Below, in pieces: positions 47,001-55,101 of a stretch of DNA of 64,000 nt; the stretch's first letter is position 1, and every line of letters starts with the position of its first letter. Source of the stretch: Candidatus Nomurabacteria bacterium (GTDB taxonomy: Bacteria > Patescibacteriota > Minisyncoccia > Phycocordibacterales > UBA9973); contig JARIGO010000008.1 in NCBI GenBank assembly GCA_029288805.1, forward strand, positions 3,894 through 67,893, written 5' to 3'. The notes below the pieces were generated by a model, which did no database searches, had not been told where the DNA came from, and saw only the letters and a list, made by a program, of their open reading frames with translations. The position numbers were made by a program, and so were the translations under genes.

Positions 47001-47303
47001 ATCAGTATCACCATTTCCTGATAAGGCAATTTTTAAGTTAATGGTAAAAGCAAGTCCTTGGACGGTATTTGTGGCTGTTGATTTTTGAATGGTCCCGCCT
47101 GAAATACCACTGCCTGAGGAAAAGTTATTTATATAAGTAGCATACTGAGCATCGAGATTTGCTTTTGTGAGAGGGTTTGCCGCAAAAATCCTTATTGGGC
47201 TGAGTAAGAAAGCAGTACCAATCAATGCAAGCGCTGTTAAAGCTATCGTTTTATTCAAACGAGAAAAAATAGTTTTTATGCGACGAAAGAGACGTGCGGA
47301 CAC
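44019..47303 (-). CDS. very large polytopic membrane protein, VirB6/TrbL-like, with N-terminal ectodomain and long charged C-terminal tail
   Basis: Signal peptide plus about 300-aa ectodomain. At least 6 TM helices (e.g. YFGIICIVATFIMLAIAIMFFKVAFLFVG). Gly-rich GFAVGAATGGAALVGG. C-terminal Lys/Glu-rich coiled-coil-like tail. Confidence 0.55.
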   Translation of the reverse strand: MSARLFRRIKTIFSRLNKTIALTALALIGTAFLLSPIRIFAANPLTKANLDAQYATYINNFSSGSGISGGTIQKSTATNTVQGLAFTINLKIALSGNGDTDEAHWDKVEKNSTQNFVIQVCENSNTNNCWLNTVLFDLKDPNPGNDKLFIYAKSTEGNYVDNLTVPVSAFAADGSNVYTYNPSANTASSVSNISFKQGDSLTASLWYCATGDGSDAVSTYQSNKIATTNPATFGSVCGGASFFQIGSPLPITIPTDATTLQQQAATSQQTLAQTQTSSSTDDDGLPECAISHPISGTFNGCLAQAAYGIYNLAAWIAGLLGQLFDFFIGYSVSDASYRYAFAVTGWKLVRDISNIFFIIILVYTGFSAVFNTSKSSMKQVVPNIIINALLINFSLFATRIVIDISNVTARVFYSQMVVCDQASIDPTTNTCPPAQVKRSLGGYWPLSEKIISSFNPQKIFTTNVLQTPNYGTLTGALTSSPTSAPTQKPLSANDEAIYFGIICIVATFIMLAIAIMFFKVAFLFVGRVVGLYICMIFSPFAFLSQNIPMLSKVERLRWTDWSSELANYAMLAPVFIFFLYIIYVVLTSSFVQDIGVANTSNGSIFGTIMAIAIPMAIIYFLIDAARKTAERLSGDIGKSIQSFGNTITGFAVGAATGGAALVGGRVVGGLAKRVDESNVGVGIRNLAANKYFGGIGRTLQKGINATRSGSFDVRQTTAGSALFKQLGINTNQKSLNALAGIGLGLGVDQRKGGREADIKRREERQVADEKLLEEKNGENIKAYNEKVKKKYDKKIEKVLEAQMLADGRTQAQIDAAKTARDNKENPDPTIYNEYRTQALTNTNTQTTINNIEAPKTVATAEELTSSRRKKYADNLKTGGPITQGLNWLGQQGQEGAAVAGLLRATVGAAIGSEVRAEGSKRASKKIEERSKAQKELEKIEETLKNGFTNLIATQKFANSNGLNVLTPLEREELFNTGKVQTGAYKGKKLYDLLEPDEQAAVDAERIALQADKASREKIEHQVQVVEQSRYNMGELKKELKRQRTGMASGDLVATKKYWATFREIEEAEKHQKIWGDISKYREDQKKKAKGEESK

Positions 47304-47333
47304 CAGTACAGTGTATCATGCTACGCTTGTTTT

Positions 47334-48431
47334 TTACCACAAATTAATGCGCAAAATCTTTTCAACAACAGGGATAAGAAGACCGTAATCAGACGTGCCA
47401 CCCGTAATAGTATGCGTTGGGTCAAAAGGGTTTCCTACAGTAGCCTTTGCTTTCACAATTGAACCATCAATCATTACGCCTTGAGGAGCACTCCAGTTCA
47501 AAACGCCGTATGGACCTGACGGTATAGCAGAGTCGCGTTCAGAGTCGTCGCCAGGAGTCTTTAGTCCTGTGTCGTGAATGCTTGTAAGATGGTTTTCCAT
47601 AGATGGTGAATCACCGAAATAGAGGAATGTCAGGCTGTCTTGTGCAGGGTCAACGGTGCTACTTGTACCCCATAATGTGGCAATGCTGCTTGGCACACTT
47701 GTTCCCCATGACATCCAAAACGGCGTACTAAGATGTTCATTAAGCTGCGGGATGCCCGTGGCTGCAACCATTGGAAGCTTTACTTCACAATAGTTATAGA
47801 GTTCGGTTGCCTGATCTGCCTTTACAGCAAAAGCGTCATGGTTTGCTATTTCAGTCTGTACGTCAGCGTCCGTATGAAGTGTCTGGGCTATAGTATAAAA
47901 GCGATTTTGCAATTCATTGAGTTCAGCAATTTCATCAGGAGTGAATTGAATCGTAGTGTCTTCGTCGCTGCATACTGGAGTAGGTGACCCTGATGATACA
48001 CTCGGATTGCCTCCTGTGTCGGAAGATGAAGGGTTTCCGCTTGATCCGATGTCTGATCCTGGATTCCCTCCTACTATAGACCCTCCTAAGCCATTACCAA
48101 GGCTGATGCCGCCCGGAGTAATGCTGCCGTTAGTGAAATTACTTACTTGAATATTGTTGTCGAGTGCGGCATTAGGATTACCCCCTATTCCACCTACTCC
48201 GGCATTTCCGTTGTTGTTCGTACCAGTACCCGTCCCTGTAAATGCTGACGTGTTTTCTCCAGGAACTGTCTGTGCGGGGTTGGCCTTGGTCCCAAGACCA
48301 AGAAATTGTTTGAACGAAAGCGGCGTCTGTCCAGATTTCTGAGCCTTGCTGCGTCCAATAAACCAAATAATCAAGAGGGTTAGTGCGAATGCCGCGAGCA
48401 GTATAAGGATGATTTTAAATACTTTCTTCAT
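47334..48431 (-). CDS. membrane-anchored hypothetical protein with Gly/Ser/Asn-rich linker and C-terminal globular domain
   Basis: N-terminal TM helix IILILLAAFALTLLIIWFI, then a low-complexity GTGTGTNNNGNAGVGGIGGN linker, then a domain with no recognisable match. Confidence 0.5.
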   Translation of the reverse strand: MKKVFKIILILLAAFALTLLIIWFIGRSKAQKSGQTPLSFKQFLGLGTKANPAQTVPGENTSAFTGTGTGTNNNGNAGVGGIGGNPNAALDNNIQVSNFTNGSITPGGISLGNGLGGSIVGGNPGSDIGSSGNPSSSDTGGNPSVSSGSPTPVCSDEDTTIQFTPDEIAELNELQNRFYTIAQTLHTDADVQTEIANHDAFAVKADQATELYNYCEVKLPMVAATGIPQLNEHLSTPFWMSWGTSVPSSIATLWGTSSTVDPAQDSLTFLYFGDSPSMENHLTSIHDTGLKTPGDDSERDSAIPSGPYGVLNWSAPQGVMIDGSIVKAKATVGNPFDPTHTITGGTSDYGLLIPVVEKILRINLW

Positions 48432-48432
48432 A

Positions 48433-50793
48433 TTACTGTATGTCGTTATTATAGAAGTTCTGAGCCGCGTCTGCTGAATGCTGCACCATCAAGTCTTCCT
48501 CGTTGTGCAATGCGTTGCTATCGTCAGGCTCCTGTTGGGCCTGACCAACGATTTTGCCGGCATTAATTTGATATGCCTGGTTGATGCAAGCCATATTTAC
48601 AGGATCTCCCGCTGCAGCGCGCTGCTTAATGTATCGGGCCTTGGCATTGGCAACAATTGAGTCAACTTGCTCACGAATATTCTCAAGCTGCTCAACGTCA
48701 TTTTGAGTATCAGAAATATTCTGGTCATATGTTTGGTCAATGCTCGCTACGGCCTGGTTGTATCCTGTCAAACTGTCAGTATTTACGTAGGCATCTTGTA
48801 AGAACCCATCCACATACGAAGTGTCTGCGTCCCCTGCTGCGGCCTGCTGAAAACCACTACCAATAAGGCTTCCTTGATAAGTAGTACCGCTAATGCCGGC
48901 AAAGAAAGCGCTGTATTGTCCTACTACAGCCTGATATGCAAGACCGAGCGCACCTTGAATATCTGGTACTGCCACGCCGTCGTCATGGCTTTTTGGGGTA
49001 TAAAATGTTCTCTGTAGTTGTATGCTTTGGCCAGTGATTTTGTCTGAAAAGACTCCTGTGGCCCCCCATAATGATGGTGCTTTTCCGCTATCCGTGAAAA
49101 TTCCCACAATACCACTAAGGAGTGATCCTACAAATGGAATGTCGCCAAGCAATTTTTCAGCCGTTGAAACATCCTTTGGGGGTGCCTGTTGTATTGATCC
49201 GACAAAAGTTTGCCAGTTGCTATCTAGGTTAGTTTGCCAATCAGGATTTGGTCCAGGAATACAATAGTCCAATGCTCCAATGGCTGGAATAATACGTTGC
49301 TCCGCAATCTGTGCATCCTTGGATGCATTAAGGAAGTTGTATTGGGTTTGAATAATGGCATACAGCTGTTGTGGTCTTGATATGTCAAAGTCTCCAGTAT
49401 TGATTCCGCCTGTTGAATCAGATGCGTATCCTAATGCTGAGGCATCACTAGAGCTAAGGTTACCAGAAACAGAGTTATCGCCACTACTGCCAAGACCAGC
49501 AATAGGGGTACTTCCGCTGCTACTGCCTCGCAAGCCTTTTGAAAGAAGGTTGTTTACAAGACTGTCAAAAAAACTACCGAGCACCTCGTTTATTTGATTT
49601 GCTTGTTCAAGCTGTCGGTTAGGAGAAGTAGTAATAGTGTTAACTTGGCTTGCGATGACTGATCCTGGTGTAACAGTCGAGCAGTTTTGAAGACCGTTGA
49701 TGGTATTGTTGTTATTTAGTCCTGCAGAAATTGCGGTCGTGGTGTTTGACGTAGCTGCAGGGGTTGTCGTTTGGGTGCATTTCTTTAGATCAAGAAATCC
49801 GCTGTTTCGCTGAATTTCATTAGATGCGTTTTGCTGAGACTGTGTAATATTGTTACCAAGCTTGTCGCTTGCGTTAAAGAAAGCACCCACAGGGTTATAT
49901 GCGGGATTGAGCAACGCATCCCAACCGCCGTTCGTAAAATCACTTATAAATGAATTGTATGCTTGTGATTGAGGGGTATTGAGTGGAGTATTGAGCAGTC
50001 CGTCTGACCGTCCGGTAATTTGGTATGTCATTGCAGAACGTAATGCGTTACCAAAAATAGGATCAGTCCCCTGCACAGTATTAAGATAACTAGCGATCTG
50101 CTGATTCTTGATACTGTTAAGGTAGCTTCCCACATTTTGAACATAGAGCGGGTTACCGTTAAATCCCGTATTAACCCAGTTCAGTGTTTTGTTGGTAATT
50201 TGAGCCAAGGTGTTTTTTGCCACAGCGTACGCAATACCGTTGAGACACTGAGAGGTCTTATTCATGGCCGTTAACTGAGCCGTTGCCTTTGAATCAGAGG
50301 TCTGTACTGCCCCGCCGCCTAAGCCTAAATAGCTAGAGAGTGATTTACCGACAATCTTAACACTAGTCTTTGCCAAAAGATTTGATGCAGTATTCGCTAA
50401 AAAGCTACCAATGTTTGTACAGCTGGCAATAGCACCCCCGATACCACTAATTGAAATACCTCCATACGTATTTCCGGAGCTAAGATTGACGCTCGGGTTG
50501 AATGTCTGCAGGGTGCTTTTTGCAGCCTGAGCATCTTCGCATTGATTTAGGTTGTTACCAGTAAGTCCTTTGCAAGGACCAGAGTTTGGAGAACCGATAG
50601 TTTGAGAAGGAATGGTTACCGCTACGCAGTTGCCAGCACTATTCATTGTTTGGCCTACCCCGCAGATTTTAGGAAGTGTGTACGTAGGAGTCGGTGTAGT
50701 AATTGTTTGCTGCGCCCAAATAGTAACCGGTAGTGAAAAAAACACTATGTTAAAAATCAAGACGATAGAAATAGCTTTTTTCCAGTAGGACAT
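48433..50793 (-). CDS. large secreted Gln/Asn/Thr/Gly-rich hypothetical protein (786 aa); candidate surface/adhesin or pilus-associated component
   Basis: Signal peptide MSYWKKAISIVLIFNIVFFSLPVTIWAQQ. No catalytic motif. Compositionally biased. Confidence 0.5.
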   Translation of the reverse strand: MSYWKKAISIVLIFNIVFFSLPVTIWAQQTITTPTPTYTLPKICGVGQTMNSAGNCVAVTIPSQTIGSPNSGPCKGLTGNNLNQCEDAQAAKSTLQTFNPSVNLSSGNTYGGISISGIGGAIASCTNIGSFLANTASNLLAKTSVKIVGKSLSSYLGLGGGAVQTSDSKATAQLTAMNKTSQCLNGIAYAVAKNTLAQITNKTLNWVNTGFNGNPLYVQNVGSYLNSIKNQQIASYLNTVQGTDPIFGNALRSAMTYQITGRSDGLLNTPLNTPQSQAYNSFISDFTNGGWDALLNPAYNPVGAFFNASDKLGNNITQSQQNASNEIQRNSGFLDLKKCTQTTTPAATSNTTTAISAGLNNNNTINGLQNCSTVTPGSVIASQVNTITTSPNRQLEQANQINEVLGSFFDSLVNNLLSKGLRGSSSGSTPIAGLGSSGDNSVSGNLSSSDASALGYASDSTGGINTGDFDISRPQQLYAIIQTQYNFLNASKDAQIAEQRIIPAIGALDYCIPGPNPDWQTNLDSNWQTFVGSIQQAPPKDVSTAEKLLGDIPFVGSLLSGIVGIFTDSGKAPSLWGATGVFSDKITGQSIQLQRTFYTPKSHDDGVAVPDIQGALGLAYQAVVGQYSAFFAGISGTTYQGSLIGSGFQQAAAGDADTSYVDGFLQDAYVNTDSLTGYNQAVASIDQTYDQNISDTQNDVEQLENIREQVDSIVANAKARYIKQRAAAGDPVNMACINQAYQINAGKIVGQAQQEPDDSNALHNEEDLMVQHSADAAQNFYNNDIQ

Positions 50794-50794
50794 G

Positions 50795-51688
50795 TTATGA
50801 CGATAGTATACCGTATTTTACAAGATAATCATGTAGATTATAAAAAGCCTGGCTACCTCTTGAGTTGTATGTCTTGTAGAGTGCCACACCAACAAGCGCC
50901 TCTGTTCCATTGTCGGACATTTGCTGAAGGTATGGGAAGGATGCCGCCATGCCAGCAAAGCCATTGATAATGTCCAAGTCATACTGTGCTACCCCTATCG
51001 GAACATTGATTTTACTGATTTGCTGGGCCATAGCAGTATAGTCAGCGCCCGTTTGGGTAAGTTCCGGAAGTTGGCTGTAGTCTCCTGTTTCCGCAGCATT
51101 AATAATGACGGTAATATCCGCATCGTCTTGATTGTACTTGCCAATAATATCACTAAGATTGTTGTAGTATTTTGTCAGTGAGGTCGAACTGGTTGTAACA
51201 GTGTGAATATCCTTGAGTGAATAAGTATTACTTACTGAGGATACGTTTATAGATGAACCAAGCTGGTTGGCCACGTTTTGCAGTGTTGTGTCGTCGACGT
51301 TGCCATTTTGACTTAGTGCGCTAGTGATGCTGAAAAGTTGTTGGGCCAATGCATCGGTTTCATTGGTCGGCGTCCCGGTTGTGTCATCCGTTACCCCAAG
51401 AGCCAATTTCTTTTCTTTGATAATCTCAGCGTTTGATTTTCCGTTTGTGTAAAGAACTGTTGGATCAAGTCCCCACAGTGTTTCTTCCCAGTCAGGAATA
51501 CCGTTGCCGTTTGAGTCTTTTGAAGTGATATCCCCCACTGTAAGGCTTTTTTGAGTAGTAGCTGTTTTTTTCTTATGAAAAAGATTGCCAAACCATTTAG
51601 TCTGTACTCCTAAGATGATAAGGATAAGTAGTACCACTAACCCTCCGCGAATGAGAAATTGTTTACTAGGACGAAATGATTCAGCCAT
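50795..51688 (-). CDS. membrane-anchored hypothetical protein (VirB8-position candidate) with a Ca-binding-like DxNxNG motif
   Basis: N-terminal TM helix LVVLLILIILGV. DSNGNGIPDWEE motif. Role is inference only. Confidence 0.45.
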   Translation of the reverse strand: MAESFRPSKQFLIRGGLVVLLILIILGVQTKWFGNLFHKKKTATTQKSLTVGDITSKDSNGNGIPDWEETLWGLDPTVLYTNGKSNAEIIKEKKLALGVTDDTTGTPTNETDALAQQLFSITSALSQNGNVDDTTLQNVANQLGSSINVSSVSNTYSLKDIHTVTTSSTSLTKYYNNLSDIIGKYNQDDADITVIINAAETGDYSQLPELTQTGADYTAMAQQISKINVPIGVAQYDLDIINGFAGMAASFPYLQQMSDNGTEALVGVALYKTYNSRGSQAFYNLHDYLVKYGILSS

Positions 51689-51696
51689 AGATGTTT

Positions 51697-52086
51697 TTAT
51701 GACGTACCGTACTTATATGTATCTGTTACAGGGAACGGAGACTCATAGAGATAGCAGGTATAGCTGTCTACCACAGGAGATCCTACGCCCAATATCCAGC
51801 TACCCATTTTGGGAACAGTAACAAAATTTGCCAGTGAGCCATATTTCGGCATCGCATAATATGGAAATGGCGTTTGCACGCTGCCGGGAGCAGTCAGCAT
51901 TGTTAACGGTCCTGTACCAAGGCCGGCACAAGTTACAAGCGGATAAAAGTTGCTTGGGTAAGCTGTTTGAAGCACTTTTCCTCCAAAGCTCCGGTCTGTT
52001 CTTAGGAAAGTCGCTGCATGAGCAGCAAGCGGTATGATCACCAATACAAAGATAATAGCGATACTAATAATAGCGTGTTTCTTCAT
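51697..52086 (-). CDS. small secreted hypothetical protein (first gene of the T4SS-like cluster)
   Basis: Start set at MKKHAIISIAIIFVLVIIPLAAHAA (signal peptide). Two Cys. Stop abuts ksgA. Confidence 0.45.
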   Translation of the reverse strand: MKKHAIISIAIIFVLVIIPLAAHAATFLRTDRSFGGKVLQTAYPSNFYPLVTCAGLGTGPLTMLTAPGSVQTPFPYYAMPKYGSLANFVTVPKMGSWILGVGSPVVDSYTCYLYESPFPVTDTYKYGTS

Positions 52087-52877
52087 TGTTGGTATTGTAG
52101 CACCTGTACCAACTTTTTCCATGTCAAAAGAGTCATGTCTTCTGGCCGGGTTTTTGGATCAATGTCCGATTTTGTTAATGCATCAACAGCTTTTTCTTTG
52201 TCGTTCAGAAATTCTGTAAGACTTCCTCCTATTTGCTTACGTTTTTTACCAAAGACTGATTTCATAACGGCGAAAAAGAGTGCTTCGTTGCAGTCAGCAA
52301 AAAAATCTCGAGAAATTCCTTCAATAGAAAGAATGGCTGAGTCTACTTTTGGAGGCGGATTGAATGCTCCTGCCGGAACTTTGGCAACGATCCTTGGTTT
52401 TCCATATGCTTTTACGGCAATAGAGAGAATACTTTCCTTGTTGTCTCGAGCTACGATACGTTCCGCCACTTCTTTTTGAATCAGCAAAACCATTTGTTCA
52501 GGCTGGCATGAAGTGCTCAGGAACTTTTCTATGATAGCGCCAGTTATATAGTATGGAATATTGGCGATTAGTTTATAGGTTTTATGTTGTAGAAAATTAC
52601 TAGGGTTAAATTCCAGTACGTCTTCTTCCGTCAATGTTAGCTTCCCTGAAGCAATCTCATCTGCAAATTTCTCCTGGAGTACGGGAATAAGTTCGCGATC
52701 TTTTTCTACGGCTATTACTTTTCCTGCACATGTCAAAAGCTCTTCCGTAAGGATGCCTGTCCCGGGTCCGATTTCCAAGACAAGGTCATTGCTCCCCACA
52801 TTTCCCGCTTCGCGAATTTTTACCAAAGCACTTTTTGACGTGAGGAAATGCTGTCCGAGGTGTTTCTTTGCTTTCAT
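52083..52877 (-). CDS. rsmA: 16S rRNA (adenine1518/1519-N6)-dimethyltransferase
   Basis: KKHLGQHFL N-terminus, SAM-binding LEIGPGTGILT, NIPYYITG. Ends in a TGA stop. Confidence 0.85.
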   Translation of the reverse strand: MKAKKHLGQHFLTSKSALVKIREAGNVGSNDLVLEIGPGTGILTEELLTCAGKVIAVEKDRELIPVLQEKFADEIASGKLTLTEEDVLEFNPSNFLQHKTYKLIANIPYYITGAIIEKFLSTSCQPEQMVLLIQKEVAERIVARDNKESILSIAVKAYGKPRIVAKVPAGAFNPPPKVDSAILSIEGISRDFFADCNEALFFAVMKSVFGKKRKQIGGSLTEFLNDKEKAVDALTKSDIDPKTRPEDMTLLTWKKLVQVLQYQQ

Positions 52878-52894
52878 ATATATAGTGTACCCTA

Positions 52895-54841
52895 TTATAG
52901 GTAGAAGGTTGTGAACCCTGATTCTCCGCTGCGACTCTCCCGTTCTATATATTCATCAGGCACGTCCATCAAAAATTCTGATGGTAGTCTGACATCCCGC
53001 ATACCAAAAATAGTTCGCATGCTTGCATAAGTGAGATAGAGTTTTCTTCGAGCCCGAGTTACTGCCACGTACATGAGACGACGTTCTTCTTCGGCGTCAG
53101 CACCGGTCAGCTTGCTGTCACGTTCATGAGGAAAGAGTCCGTGCTCTAGTCCTGTTACAAAAACAGTTCCAAACTCCAATCCTTTTGATGCATGAATAGT
53201 CATGAGCTTCACGCCAGCATTATTATTTTTTGTGCTACCTAAATCATTTGCCAAGTTGTCTTGGTCGCTCATCAACGTTGCGTCTTCCAATAATTTTTCT
53301 AAGCCTTCACCCCCGTCAAAGTGATCGTATCGCAATGCCAGTGTCACTAGTTCTTCCAAGTTTTCCAATCGCTCCTCTCCGTCAACTTTGTCTTCTTTGT
53401 ATGCGTGCTGCATACCGCTCTCGATAATAATGTATTTGATAGTTTCTGAAACAGAATGAAGCTCTGAATACTCGCGAATGTTTTCTAGCAACTCATAAAA
53501 TTTTGTTACTGATATAAGCGCCTTGCCGCTGAGTGATTCTTTTCCTTCCGCGAAGAGTTTTACAATAGTCACTTTTCCAATACCACGAACAGGCGTGTTG
53601 ATGATGCGTTTTATGTCTACCAGACTGTCAGGATTTTGGGCGGCACGAATATATGAAAGCACGTCCTTCACTTCTTTGCGTTCGAAGAATTTCACACCCA
53701 ATACCTGGTATGGAATGTTGTACGAGAGAAATGCTTCTTCAATGGCGCGCGATTGGAAGTTGGTACGAAACAAAATGGCAATGTCATCCGGAGCTACGCC
53801 GTTATCAAGTTGCTCGACGCAACGCTCCACGATAAATTTCGCTTCATCGTTTTCATCGTATGCGGCGTACACGGAAATCAATTCCCCGTCGGCGTTGTTG
53901 GTGAACAGTTGCTTCGGAGTACGGTAGGTGTTTTTGTTCACGATTTCATTTGCGGCCGCGATGACAGTTTTTGTCGAACGATAATTTTCCTCGAGCAGCA
54001 CAACTGTTGCTTCAGGATAGTCATGTTCGAACTCCAAAATATTTTTGATGTTCGCTCCGCGCCAAGAGTAAATACTTTGGTCCGAGTCACCGACAACGCA
54101 CAAATTTTTTCGATCACCCGCCAATGCTCGAGCGATACGATACTGCACTTCGTTCGTGTCTTGGTACTCATCGATGTGAACATAGTGCCATGTATCGTGA
54201 CACCATGCGCGAGCTGTTTCATTCTCTTCAAGTAGTTTCACAGTTTCCAATAGCAAATCATCAAAGTCCAAACTTTTTTGCTCATGCTTCAAGGCAACAT
54301 ACCGTTTCCAAATTTGTCCGGACATGCGATTGCGAGGATTGCTGTCATTTAACAGCTGATCAGGTGTTAGTAAGTCATTCGCTGAACGACTAATAATACT
54401 GCGGATAGATCGAGGTTCATTCTGTTTTGGATCAAGTCCAAAGTACTGCAGGGACTCCTTGATCAGTGACATGGTGTCTCCGTCATCCAATATGGTGAAA
54501 CGTTTCACACTGCCGTTATACGCTCCGAATTTTCTCAGTAAAAAAACTCCAAGACTATGAAACGTGCTGACAAACGGAATGCTGTCCTCGCGGAGCACAG
54601 CAGGAATGGCTTGAATTTGTGAAATAACACGCTCGCGCATTTCCTTTGCTGCCTTGTTCGTAAACGTTACCGCCAAAATTTCTGAAGGCTTTGTTCCGAT
54701 CTCAATAAGATGGCAGATACGATGAACAATAGTTTTTGTTTTTCCTGCACCTGCGCCGGCCACGATCAATAGCGGTCCTTGTGTTGCTAGTACGGCCTTT
54801 TTTTGCGCGTCATTTAATCCTTCAAGAAATTGCATGCACAT
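52895..54841 (-). CDS. pcrA: ATP-dependent DNA helicase PcrA/UvrD family
   Basis: LLIVAGAGAGKTKTIVHRI (Walker A), DEYQDTN, and the characteristic UvrD C-terminal motifs. Confidence 0.85.
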   Translation of the reverse strand: MCMQFLEGLNDAQKKAVLATQGPLLIVAGAGAGKTKTIVHRICHLIEIGTKPSEILAVTFTNKAAKEMRERVISQIQAIPAVLREDSIPFVSTFHSLGVFLLRKFGAYNGSVKRFTILDDGDTMSLIKESLQYFGLDPKQNEPRSIRSIISRSANDLLTPDQLLNDSNPRNRMSGQIWKRYVALKHEQKSLDFDDLLLETVKLLEENETARAWCHDTWHYVHIDEYQDTNEVQYRIARALAGDRKNLCVVGDSDQSIYSWRGANIKNILEFEHDYPEATVVLLEENYRSTKTVIAAANEIVNKNTYRTPKQLFTNNADGELISVYAAYDENDEAKFIVERCVEQLDNGVAPDDIAILFRTNFQSRAIEEAFLSYNIPYQVLGVKFFERKEVKDVLSYIRAAQNPDSLVDIKRIINTPVRGIGKVTIVKLFAEGKESLSGKALISVTKFYELLENIREYSELHSVSETIKYIIIESGMQHAYKEDKVDGEERLENLEELVTLALRYDHFDGGEGLEKLLEDATLMSDQDNLANDLGSTKNNNAGVKLMTIHASKGLEFGTVFVTGLEHGLFPHERDSKLTGADAEEERRLMYVAVTRARRKLYLTYASMRTIFGMRDVRLPSEFLMDVPDEYIERESRSGESGFTTFYL

Positions 54842-55101
54842 AGTGTAACAGATGTGGATAATAAAAAATGAAATAAAGAAAAACTCAAGAAATAATTAAG
54901 AGCTAGTAAAGAAAATCAGAATGTGAAACAGCCCTTATACTATAAATACGGTTTTGAATTTTTGATTTCACTTCAAAATATACAAAATGTCAAAACATTG
55001 CAACGTATGGTTCTTTTAACAAGAAACTATTGACGAATAATGTGAAACAGTGCAAAAAACAAAAGCCGCTGTATTTCTTGATATCATTACTATCTGTAAC
55101 T

